A DNA stretch of 63,480 bases, counting the filler, from Saprolegnia diclina VS20 (taxonomy: Eukaryota), in the NCBI RefSeq assembly GCF_000281045.1. It is 7 parts of 2 records of this genome, joined end to end, with 100 filler letters (N's around TTAATTAATTAA, not from the genome) between each part and the next. Parts side by side here need not be neighbours in the genome. Positions count along the whole stretch, not along the records: positions 9,439 to 24,328 come from NW_008246157.1; positions 24,429 to 37,971 come from NW_008246158.1; 5 more parts are not named here. One strand, written 5' to 3'. The notes below the pieces were generated by a model. It was not told where the DNA came from. It did not search any database and was given only the letters and a program-made list of their open reading frames with translations. The translations under genes were made by a program, and so were the position numbers. Positions 22,540 through 34,423 of this stretch are shown here, one piece after another (within the stretch, counting starts at the first letter, position 1; each line of letters starts with the position of its first letter).

Positions 22540-22987
22540 GCTACAATGCAAATGTGTTGAACACTGCGCTGGCAGTCACCACAATCAACGACGTCGTCTT
22601 TGTCCGAACGCAACAGATGGACCCGATGCGCGAGTGATGGTCGTTGACAGATGAGATACTCCAACCTGCCATTTCATACAACGTCCTCGTCTTGCAGACG
22701 TAAAGTGTTCTACAGAATGGACTTCAATGCCCGGAAACTGCAGCGCACCATATACCGCTTCAACCAGAGGCTCACGCCGAAAACCATCTACGTCCACGCG
22801 CAATCGAATCAGACATGGCGCAGATATCGTGCACCCGTTTCGAGATGCCAAGGGTCCAAGGGTTAAATAAGACGCTGCTTGCCCTTGATGCCACGCTCAA
22901 CGACCCAGTTTATCACTTTGTTCGCATAAAAAGTGGCTAGGACCACTGGGCCAGGACTGCCCGGGACGTGAAACACACACACAACTT

Positions 22988-23600
22988 TCAAGTGACAAAA
23001 GCTATGGAGCAGCTGCACCATAACAAGGCGTCTTGTGCTGTCGGGCGATTGAGCGGGTCGGCATCGACGCAACGACCGACGAGGTCTCGGTACCAGTCGT
23101 CGCGCTTCTCACGCAGTGTTGGGCGCAAGCCGCCATCGACAACGGCGGTCGTGAGCGCAACTTCGTCATCGAAATCGTAGTCGTCAAACGGCAGCTGGAA
23201 CGCGTTGAGCTCCGACGTGAGAATACCAAACGCATAGACGTCCGACGCGACGACGGCGGCGGCGAGTCGCCTGCAAGCACCTCGTGGCCGTCCACGCCAG
23301 CAGCGCTTCGTCAGTCTCCGACGTCCCGGGGACACCGACTTGGATGAACGTGGGCGAACTGACAAACACATTGTGGCTCGAGAGAGACCCGTGGACGAGA
23401 CCTTTGGCGTATACGTCGAGAAGCCCGTTGGCGATGAAGTAGAGTGCCTTGCAGAGAGAGGCTCGACGGGTCCCAAGCGTGCGACGGCCAGCCATACAAA
23501 GGTCCCATAGACTGCACGAAGCGTCGCCCGAGAGACATGGTGACGTTGCCGTGCTCCCGAGGGCCCATTCCAAACGCAGATCACTCGACTCGCAACTTCC
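22988..23600 (-). pseudogene. Decayed TKL kinase or pseudokinase domain
   Basis: LVHGSLSSHNVFV and SDVYAFGIL..EL...QLPF...GLRPTL...C...DP..RPTA lie in different frames. Confidence 0.75.
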
Positions 23601-24428
23601 TGACGTAATTTAGCGTGACCGAGCGCCTCGTCGAAATTGCTATTCTCTTGGTAGAGCCATACCTGGACGACAGTCTTTTAGAACTGCATACTGCATGATG
23701 CGACCCAGCTCACAGTGCCCACGCAGACTGGTCCATACACGCGTGAGCATTCGTGAATGGTATTCTTCTACCAGCCAGTGTGCCTCGTCGGCGGTGTCGA
23801 TGGAGTTGAAGCGCGCTATCTCGCGCTGGAGCGACTGGACGTCCTTCTGTCAACGGCTCCTGCGCGACGCAACGAGGCGGCGTCGTCTTCGCGAGCCAGG
23901 GCCGAATGTTGCATGGGACCGGCGGCACTGGCAAACCAAGCACTGGCACCACGATCTACGGTGTGATGTGGGCACAATTCGCGCGGGCGCGCGCAAAGCG
24001 ACGGCTACTCCACTAACCCAGGGCTGTCCCGTCGAGCTCGACTCGCAAATATTACAAATATTAGGCGAGTACCATGCGTGTACCACCAAGCTCGAAGCTA
24101 CGTCGGAAGCGCATCACGAGCATTCATATCAGTAGAAGACAGCACGGAAGCTCAACGCGCTCAACTAGACCGACAACGACGTCCAGCCGACATTCAATTT
24201 AGTGCCCTTCGACAAAGCGTGAAGGTTCAAGTAATGCACGCGACGAGAGGCTGCCGTTTAGTTTCAAGCCAAAAACAAAGATTTAACACGTAGTATACAC
24301 TAAACCTCGGCTGCGCCTCGGGCCCTGCNNNNNNNNNNNNNNNNNNNNNNNNNNNNNNNNNNNNNNNNNNNNTTAATTAATTAANNNNNNNNNNNNNNNN
24401 NNNNNNNNNNNNNNNNNNNNNNNNNNNN

Positions 24429-25330
24429 TGGAGAATGCTGGGATTATTTTCAACGGCCCACTACAAGTCGCTAGTGATAGAGAGGGATTGAACGTGCTGA
24501 TTTGCGGAGGTAGTCCATGTCGCAATGCAGCACTGCACCCGAGAAGGAGACGATCACTTGGATGTTGGTCAATGCAGTTGGCGTCGTGAGCAGTCGCGGT
24601 GCGAGGTACGGAAGCACCTCGCGCGATTTGACCTTGAGCACCCTTGGACGAGGTCGTCCACCGATGGGATACGATTGAGGGGGCGTGGAGTGAGCTCGTC
24701 GAGCGGTAGCCCATAATCTTGTGGATGACAACAAATGCATCACCAGCCGCGTGGCGGACCTCGGGCAGTGCGTGGCAAAGAGGGTCTTCGACGACAAATC
24801 TCTCGACGAAATCTTTGAGCTGTTTCTTAGGCGAGCACAGGATGACCTCGACAAGACCCAAGCAGTAGCCCTGACGCATGCCGGCGGGGTTCATCGAGTC
24901 GACGCCCGCGCGCAGGATCGGGCCGACCTCGGCCGTAACGTAGTACACCAATTCGCCAAGGAGCGAGATCGACGACTGACGAATGCGCCAGTTGTCGTAG
25001 AAGATACCATGAGGTTGCTCAAGCGGAGCGCTTCGCTCATGCCGTCTCCACCAAACTCGAGTAGCGTCGCAATAGCACACTGTGCGCCCAAAGGTGCGAT
25101 GCGGCGTGAAGCTTGGCCTCGAGGTACGCATCCGTGAGACCCGGCGCCGCGTGTAAAGGTCGTCGACGTGGTCGCGCACAATCTCATCGACTTTGGGCGC
25201 CTTCGATGCGGCGACGCGAGGTCGACACGAACCGATCCTTGAGGCGCGTCCACGAGCTCACAATGGCATACTTGCGCGCGCCGTGCACGTCAAGCGGGTG
25301 GTGCGACCACGAGAAGGCGCGGAAAAAGCG
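24429..25330 (-). pseudogene. GCN1: GCN1 HEAT-repeat relic with internal deletions
   Basis: GIFYDNWRIRQSSISLLGEL, RQGYCLGLVEVI, LCHALPEVRHAAGDAF, VKSREVLPYLAPRL match conserved GCN1 blocks. Confidence 0.8.
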
Positions 25331-26679
25331 CAAAAATCCCGAGCTCGTGTGTCTCGGGCAAACACGGAACCTAGTCAATCTGTGAGACCCAAGTAGCGCT
25401 AAAGACGTGTGCTACCCTGTGCCAAACGCGAGCGAGCGCAGCGACGACGCCTTGGAGAACAATGTTAGTGCCAAGCACGACGAGGACCATAGGCGCACGG
25501 CCACTGTAGGTGGCTGCTGAGAGCTGTAAGCTCTGCTCAATTGAAATCGAGTAGAGAGCGTATCTGACGCGCCGCCGAGCAAGAGGTTCGCGCCAGCAGT
25601 CTCGGTGCTGGCTGCCGTGCGCAAGCAGCAGGGCGTCACGCGTGAGGCGCTCGAGATGAGTGCCGCTTGCCTCTACTTTGAGAGATGATGAGCGCGCTCC
25701 GAACGCGACGCCGCGCGCGCAGCGCCCAATGCTACGGCGGCGTTTCTCGTCTCGTCGCGGCGCCCATTTTGATGTATTTGTATTGCCCTTCCTCTTGGTG
25801 TCCGGCTATTTATCCGGATGCCTTGAAACGACGCCACGAGCGCGACACGGTCGAGGCCATCACTCCTCGCACAAACGCTCGAGGTTGTCGCCGTCAGCGT
25901 TTGTTTCGGCGAATGGACTATATATCTCGCAGCGTGTAGACCCCCAACATCAAAGCAACGNNNNNNNNNNNNNNNNNNNNNNNNNNNNNNNNNNNNNNNN
26001 NNNNNNNNNNNNNNNNNNNNNNNNNNNNNNNNNNNNNNNNNNNNNNNNNNNNNNNNNNNNNNNNNNNNNNNNNNNNNNNNNNNNNNNNNNNNNNNNNNNN
26101 NNNNNNNNNNNNNNNNNNNNNNNNNNNNNNNNNNNNNNNNNNNNNNNNNNNNNNNNNNNNNNNNNNNNNNNNNNNNNNNNNNNNNNNNNNNNNNNNNNNN
26201 NNNNNNNNNNNNNNNNNNNNNNNNNNNNNNNNNNNNNNNNNNNNNNNNNNNNNNNNNNNNNNNNNNNNNNNNNNNNNNNNNNNNNNNNNNNNNNNNNNNN
26301 NNNNNNNNNNNNNNNNNNNNNNNNNNNNNNNNNNNNNNNNNNNNNNNNNNNNNNNNNNNNNNNNNNNNNNNNNNNNNNNNNNNNNNNNNNNNNNNNNNNN
26401 NNNNNNNNNNNNNNNNNNNNNNNNNNNNNNNNNNNNNNNNNNNNNNNNNNNNNNNNNNNNNNNNNNNNNNNNNNNNNNNNNNNNNNNNNNNNNNNNNNNN
26501 NNNNNNNNNNNNNNNNNNNNNNNNNNNNNNNNNNNNNNNNNNNNNNNNNNNNNNNNNNNNNNNNNNNNNNNNNNNNNNNNNNNNNNNNNNNNNNNNNNNN
26601 NNNNNNNNNNNNNCTTGAGAGTATACGAGCGCAATTGGACATGCTATTTGAGTTGCGTTTACAGGCAGCTAGTACGTAA

Positions 26680-27020
26680 TTGTTTCTACTTGGCGCCTTC
26701 GTCGTCGCTGTCGTCTTCGTTGAGCTTGAGCTTGAGCTTGGAGGGAACGTGGCGACCGTACTCGGCGAGGAGCTTGCCTTGCTCAGCGCTTGCCAGGTTG
26801 CCGTGAGCGTCTCGGGGCGCGTCGCAACCTCGAGCACGTACAAGAGCGCGCGTTCGGCACCGAGCTTGATGCTGATGTTGGGGCTCTTGACGAGCTCAAA
26901 AATCGGCGGCACGGACGAGCCCAAGTGCACACGCTTTGGGGCGATCTTGGCCATGCGCTTGACGATGCGCTGCGCCGTGCGGTTGGCGCCTTTGATGGCA
27001 GCGTCCGAGAGTCGCAAGTT
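26680..27020 (-). pseudogene. GCN1: Probable GCN1 C-terminal fragment
   Basis: RIVKRMAK...VPPIFELVKSPNISIKLGAERALLYVL resembles the GCN1 terminal HEAT block (xKLAAE). Confidence 0.6.
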
Positions 27021-28178
27021 TGACCAAGTTAGTCGAGTGGAAGAACTCCATGGACAGCTGCCATGGACGACGTTCGGGACGGCCATCGAATCTCATCGAT
27101 ATGTGTAGCTACACCGCAGACTCTGTAGTTGGACCGCAAAGAACCTCGCGCCAGACCGAGCGAGCGCCCACCGACACCTTGACCAACGAAGTCGTCGACA
27201 CGATCGCGATGACGTGGCGGACTCGGGCGCGAGAATCTTGGTGAGCGCCAAGAGTGCGAGTCGTCGGGCTCAACCAGACGGCCAAGGCGAGCGCTGACCA
27301 AGTGCGTAGGTCAGGTCAAGTCCAGAGAGCTTCCTACACCAGCAAGGTCGGAAGCATCTGAAAGAAGATGGCGCGGGCGTCGGAACCTACAGCAGAGATT
27401 GGGTGTACGGCGACGTTGGGCGAGAGCGGACGGTGCATGATTTCGCTGCGCCACCAGCCGCCGCGAGGTGCTCAAGGCTGGAAGCATGAGGTTTGGTGCC
27501 GCCGGAGCGGGCTCCGAGCTCGACGCGCAGCTTTTTCTGCTCCATCTGCCGCATCGCCAGTGGTCTCTGATCATGACGTGGCGCTCGTGCTGCTCGTACT
27601 GCAGCAGCGCCGGATTCGTTGTGGCCGCCATCTCAGAATTTCAGAAATGCAATGTGGGTATCCGGATTTTGTCCGGATCGCCAGACCCATCGTTCCGACC
27701 CTTATTTTTGCACCTGAGGTTGTCGGCGTTTGACTCCGGCGCATCGACTATTCTATGGATATGCATCGACTATATAGCTCACATTATCATAGACGGCCAA
27801 CGTGGAAGTAATGGTTTCTTCCGGTACGGCACCGATGGTTGCGACCAGCAACACCGACGCCAGCACCTTATCCACGACAGCTTCCATGACCCAGTGCTCG
27901 GAGTGCCATCGGTCCTCGACGACGTACTAGTAGCCCGTAGCCATTGCATGCTGCATGAGGCACACAACGGTCTTTGCAAGCGCTCTGGTGGACCAATGTC
28001 CTGTATTGGTGGGGTGCGGACGCAAGAAGGGCCTCGGACAACTATATGGCAGATCTCTCTGCTATGCTGGGCCGCCTGGGTTCTCAGAACCCGGGCTGTG
28101 TGGCTATTGAGCAACAACGAGGCGTCAGAAGTTGTGAGCGAATTGTGTTTCGTTGTTGAAAAATATATCTGTACAAAA

Positions 28179-31100
28179 TCAATCCAAGAGCGGGTACGCG
28201 GCATCAAAGGCTGTCGCCATGGCGTGCGTCCGCGGCACTTCCGACACCAGCGGTATCTCGAGGCATAGTGTGCGCCAGTTCTTCATGTCCAGGCTGTACA
28301 TGGTGCGCCCGATGCGGAGGCTCAGAATACCATTCAAGCCGCCGATGCGCGGTCGAGGTAGTACACGCCGTTGTAGACGCGGTCGCTGTGAGCGTACAGG
28401 TACTTGGCGCCCGATGAAAGTAAGAGCGACGTAACATGGCAAGTGGGCTTTGCTTTGAGACTGAGTTTCACCATGTAAAAGCACACAATGTTGCAGACGA
28501 GGATGATGCCGATGAGTAGTTGGAGTCGCGCAAACTGACCAATCTCGATTGAGCCCGAGGTACATATGGCTTGAAAGTCCACTTGCAGAGTACATTGGAG
28601 GTCGATCGACGTGTTCGCGTCAACGGGCAAGACGGCCGTAAGTGTTGCGACGAGGGCCCAGACGACGAGGCCGTTGACCATAACGTAGTACGTCGAGTAC
28701 TCTTGCGTAACGACCAACGAGATGTCGTTGACAATCGAGACGAGCCACGTGACTTCGTTGGCGGCGAGGAGTGTCTTGTACCACGGATCGCGCATGGTCG
28801 AAAAGGCACTCATATAACCCGAGAACTGGAGCTCCAGCGTCGCCGTCGAGAGAACACAGATAGCAGTCATACTTCGAAGCACCAAGAGCGGCCGCCCAAC
28901 CCAGACAATGCCACCGACGCGACCGAGCTCGAGCATGTTGAGGCCTTCGTAGTGACCACAACTTGTCAGCATATACATGGCGGACATGAAAGCAACCGCA
29001 ATCATGACGCCCGTGACGTAGATGACACCTGCGTGCAGGTATTGGGCGACGTTGGCGGTCACCTGCCATTCTTGTGTCAACTCGGCGAGTGGCGACGCAA
29101 AGTCCGAGAGGAGCGTCATATTGCCGGCGTCGCCTTGAAACGAAATGACTTCGCGGTTGCCGAGCACCCAGTCGTACAGGTAGAGCCACGCGAAAAAGGC
29201 AAAGTCCGATTCGGTGGCGTCGAGAAGGTTGATGCGCTGAACAGAAAGGGGTGCGGTCGCGTTCACGTTGGTGTAGATCATAAATTCAATCTCCATGGCC
29301 CGCACGTCCGCGTTGACACTCGTTAACGACGACGCAACGGTCGATGGCAGCGGTAGCATGAACGTATCGACGTAGCTCAGCGTTTGGCGTAGATATCTCG
29401 GACATTTGGAAACAAATGTTGGCTCGTGGGCGCACACTGCGCTCATGTCCCACCCCGAAGGTCGGAGGTGGAGACCGGCAAGGAGGGCCGCAAGAATGTA
29501 CTGCTGGCGCGACGGCAGTGTCTTCAACAAGACACCAGACGATAGGAGACAGGTAGCGTCAAATGAGATGACATTCACAAGGCCGACGGACATGGCGTAT
29601 CGCGACGCAATTGGGGGGGCACAACGGAGAGCCGCCAAAAGTAACGAGGTTCTGTGCCAGCCACTTCCCTGGTACGGGGTAAGATGCGTCCAGCGTCGCG
29701 ATGCCGCTGTAGAGAGCTTGGGCCTTGACGTTCTTGGAGAGAGGCGCGCGCGAAGCATCGACGAGCACGGCGAAAAGAGTGCGCACTGACGCTGGCACGG
29801 GAACGTACACCATGTCGATGGACCCGTAGGGCCCCAGGAGCGCCTGCACGAGCTGGAAGCCAGCGGTGAGAGGCGATGTGAGGGCACCGTTCAGCACAAG
29901 TACCGCACCCAGCGTTGTGTTGGCAAAAGCAAAGTCGGGGCTAGAACAGACCAAGCTGCGACCAGCGATACGCGACGAGTTGTCTGCAACTGCCGTCAAG
30001 TCGTTGGCGAAGGCCCAGTACATTTTGAAACTCGTCTGGCTCGCCAAACAGTACGTCCCGTTTTGCGACGTTAGCGTCAGCGGATACGCAATGCCGTACG
30101 CATTGATGATCGAGTAGCTGTTGAGGACGCCGAGGCGCTTGTAGTTTTGCCACTGCACCTTGTAATGCTGAATGCCATGTTGGCGCCAATATAGCGCTTC
30201 GTCCGCGATAGACAGCGCGGCGCTGACAGCCGTGGAGATGTCAAGCCACGCTCGGCCAGCATCGGACCGTCGGAGCTCGGACGCGATCGCGATCTCAAAC
30301 GAGGGTCCCCAGCATGCGTCAAACGCGTCGTAGTTGATGTTGCGCACAACCGACTCGAGGTATATCGCGCCATTGGTCGTCATCGACTGACACCGGGTTT
30401 CGCGCCGAGCAGAGTTGGCCAATGACCACGTTCGGGTAAAGTCGACAAAGCAATATGGTGAGAAGATCCACGGTGCTTGACACGCATCCGTGACCCGAAG
30501 ACCTCGGATGGTGGCGGTGATGCCGCTCAGAGGCTCGTGCTGTAGATAGGCGCCGTAGCTGACCGATGACAAGACGACGGCTTCGGGGGCCGCAAACGAC
30601 TGCATTGCGCTCGGCTTGTCCAAAGCGAGGTTGGGCATTGTCGTGTTGCCAAGTACGAGCTGCTCGTTGAGCCAGTTGGCGATAAACGCATGTGCGCCGG
30701 TCGTGTTGAAGGTGGCCCAGAAGAGGTCGTTCGAGAGGTTGATTCTCGATACCTGGAGATACGAGATGCTGCCAAAAATTGAGGCAATGATATAGCCGAG
30801 GCCAAGGACCATCCAAACGTGCGCGACCCGAGCCTTCTTGGCAGCGTCAGGCACAAACATGGAGGCTCGTTTGAGCAGTGCGGACTGCAGACGGCTTGGC
30901 GAGACGTGTGAGATGTTGCTGAGCGTTGAGGCGCGGCGAGGGACGTGGCTATGAAACGCCAAGGAAGGACATGGAAGCATCTTGAGGAATGAGCTTGTCG
31001 AGAGGTCGTCGACCAAGATAAGCCACAGCTTCAAGTCGAATGTGTACGCTTGCTTGCCAACTCGAAGTGGGACGAGGCCGCTGAGAATGCACGCGACGTG

Positions 31101-33638
31101 GTCGATCGTGTATACTTCTTCTGAGCTCGTAGCGTGCGTGCACAGAAACAAGTGCGCAATGCCGGACACGAGCAACGAATCGTCGCACCGACGTGCTGGG
31201 CGCCGGAACCAGCGCCGATGCACAATGGAGCACAGCGCGAAACTCACCATGGCGACACCAGCTTGGATAACGACGAGCGCCCAGACGCGAGTCAAGCTCC
31301 CAACAGCTACGACGCCGCTGGAGCACGAGAGGGCAAAGTCCATGTCGGTGCCAACGCACGTCCGCGCTAGCGTCGCCGTTACGCTAACGGGACTTGATAG
31401 CTCGATACAAAAGAGAATCAACCACGAGAGACAGCTCGTGAGCGGGCTGTAGAACGTCGTCGCATCTCGCGTCAGAACCAAAAGCGTCTCATTGATCACA
31501 TAGGTCACCCACGTCGCCTCGCCGGTAATGATGAGCGACGCCAGCCATGGACGAGGCGATGCCGCGAAGCGCGAGTACCCATGATGCGTCTCAAGCGATG
31601 CGTTGGCTGAGCTCAGCAGCAAGATGGCGGTGACGCCCCGGAGGAAGGCAAGGGGTCGACCGATCCAGACAGCTCCGACAATTCGGTTGAAAAACAAGAG
31701 GTTGCGGCCCAAAAAGCGTAGGCGTACGAGACCCGCGTAGCCAAGCGACAAGAAACCGACGAAGACGAGCACCGCCGACGTTGCGACGATGAGGTAGAAG
31801 AGGATTTTGGTTGCTGTCTGGAGTGGCTGCGTCCCCGTCGAGTACAGCTGCGGACTATAGGCATTCGAAATAAGCGTGACATTGCCAGCATCTCCTTGAA
31901 ACGACACGACTTCGCAACTACCCGCGACCCAGTCGAAGAGCAAGATCCAGCCGAAAAAATCAAAGGTCGAAGCCTCGAGAAGCGGTTGCCGGAGCAGAAG
32001 ATATGCGCCATTGGTCGACGTTGCGAATTGCATGAGACCGACACGAGCCTCTTGAACGGCCGTCGCTGCACGAAGGACGCTAGCAATGAAGTCGGTTGAA
32101 AACGCCAGCTGCTGGAGGAGATTGCCGACCGCCGAAAGGCTGGAGAGGCAGTCGGTCGTCGGTGTCGCCGTCGCTCAGGCCCTCGGTACTGTCTCGGCAG
32201 TAGCGAGTAGCGCAAAGAGACTGGCACTCGCCGTTACCGTGACTTGCAGCGGCAACGCTTTGGAGCAGTCGTCGAAGAAGCCAAACGACTGCTGCGGAAA
32301 CAACGTCCCGGACTGCCGCGTGCACATGGGGCTCCCGCCATAATACACGGACGCATTTTGCCACGCTGGCGGCAGCGGCGCGAGGGTGGTCGTCGTAATC
32401 GTGGTGAGCTGGGTAAAGCGGCGTGCGTCCAGTTGACCAAACATCGCATCGAGAAACACAGTGCACGTCGTTGCCAGCGCTGCAGGCACAGCAACATAGA
32501 TCGAGTCGATGCTGAGAAAAGGCCCAATGTGGTTGCGCACAAAGTTGCCGCTGACGTTGGTGGTGCCTTTGAAGACCTCGAGATCGATGGCTGGCATGGA
32601 TGCACTGACGTTGGCGCTAAAGTACGTCAAAGTACCACAAATCATGCTTCGACCCATGCCTTGACCATTCCAGAGGTCGTTGAGCGGGATCCAGAGAAAG
32701 TTATTGGACGTCCACGGCCCGGCGCCCCGCGGCAAGTTCTTGACCGTCACGAGCTGGCGCAGGCCCAGCGCGTTTTCCATTTCGATCGACTCGGTGACGC
32801 CAGCTTGCCACCGGTTTTGCCACTGCGCCGTGAACGACGCCAAGCCAAACGTCTGCCAGTACGCGAGCTCCGCATCGATCGTCGTCGTTGCTCGCGCCGT
32901 TGCCATCGTGTCCAGGAAGGCACGACCATGCAGCGTCTCTTGCAGTGGCAGCTGGATGGCCACGGTAAATGGCGCATTGTCGCCGCCCCAAATGGATAGG
33001 TAGTCGGCCCACACGACATTGCGCAGAATCGCTTCCATGTACACGCCCGCGTTCGACGCGTAGTGCTCACGGCAGCGCTGCTGCCGCTTCATTGTGTGCG
33101 CGACCTCAAACGATCGCGCAAAGTCCACCCAGCAGTGCTGAACGTTGACGCGCATCGACCAGCTCGCGCTCAGGCGACGTAACTGCGGTACAGCGTACTC
33201 GATCGACGTGAGCTCGTTGAAGATGACGTGGCGAGCGTACGTGGGCGGGACGTTGGTGTACGAGACACCGGATGCATACGTCTTTTGAACCATCGCACTT
33301 GGTGCGTAGATGCTGAGTGAGGTCGCGGCGGTCGTGGAGAGAACGGCGTTGACAAGGTCGATGAGGAAGGCTTCGTGACCCGTGAGGTTGAAGCCGGCCC
33401 ACCAAAGGTCGTTGACGAAGCTCGGCTGAAGCGTGTAGACGTACCAGACGCCGCATGCCAGCGAAATAACAAGGTAAGAAAGCCCGAGAGCGGCCTCGGC
33501 AACTTGGTTCCTCGTAGTACTCCACGTCGCCCTGGGTACGTGACGCACATTCTGCGCCGAAGACTCCGTAGGGCCAACCAATACCGGCGACGGAATCACG
33601 TGGTCGTGCATCGCTAGCGTTGGATACTGGCATAGCAT
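28179..33638 (-). pseudogene. Full-length two-module transmembrane protein (~1800 codons) with three lesions
   Basis: Two tandem modules (NDLWW/NDLFW...CxVDF...YLE...RN...WQN...GP..SID...GGSPxC...FQGD...GRP...DxKxW); in-frame TGA at 32175-32177, frameshifts near 29615 and 28337. Confidence 0.85.
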
Positions 33639-34423
33639 GGACCCAGTCTTGGTGCCAAGACGGGATTGGCTGCAAACATTTGGCGCCTTTTCCAGACGAA
33701 ACGGACAAGCCCCCGAAGGCGCGTCTCACGAACCGTCGTCTAGTCCCAAGGGAATACTAGCAGCTAACCTACCTAGCTAACCATTGAGCAATTAGGCACC
33801 AATACATCCCTTAGGCTTTCCAATTTGTAGTGGTTCCGTGAGCCGCAGTGCCACAACCAATAGCTAGCTAGCTATAGGTGCTTTGTGTGCGGAACGACCA
33901 ACCTCCTGGCGTATCTTGCGAGCCGTCGTAGAGCTAGCATTCTGAAGCTCGACTCCTGCTAAGCAGCTCGCTGCATCTCGTCCGAGGTCCTGCCAGTAAG
34001 TAATACGCCCTTTGCCCCTGAGCAAGCTCGCCGTTGTGAAAGTTGCACCATCCTATTGCGCTTTCACTGTGCTATTTTGGATGAAATCAGAGTGGCAGCG
34101 CACCACCGCCAAGCGTCGAAACGTCGCGCGAGACCGACGGCCACCAGGCGGTGGCGGCATGGAACGACTGCAAGCTGGTTCGGCGAAAGCCGCCTGATGA
34201 GGTCAAAGAGCGACGTGACGATCGAGGAAATGTTGACGAAGAGGTCGATGACGCGCACGCAGCCCTCGAGCACGCGAAAGTGACGCGCCTTGGTCGACGA
34301 TCGACGAGAGACCTTGACGGCCAACGAGTGGGACTTGGTGTGGTCCAATCCACGGAAATGATAACCAATACGTGGCAACACCACGAAACAAGAAAGTGAA
34401 CGTTTCACAACCGTAACGTGTAT

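Noticed and set aside
32175..32177. In-frame TGA near a Cys position, possible selenocysteine or readthrough
   Set aside because: The same gene has two frameshifts and I see no SECIS; simple nonsense change or sequence error is more likely
34012..34408. Coding-like stretch (RVLEGCVRVIDLFVNISSIV...)
   Set aside because: No recognisable family, start or splice structure
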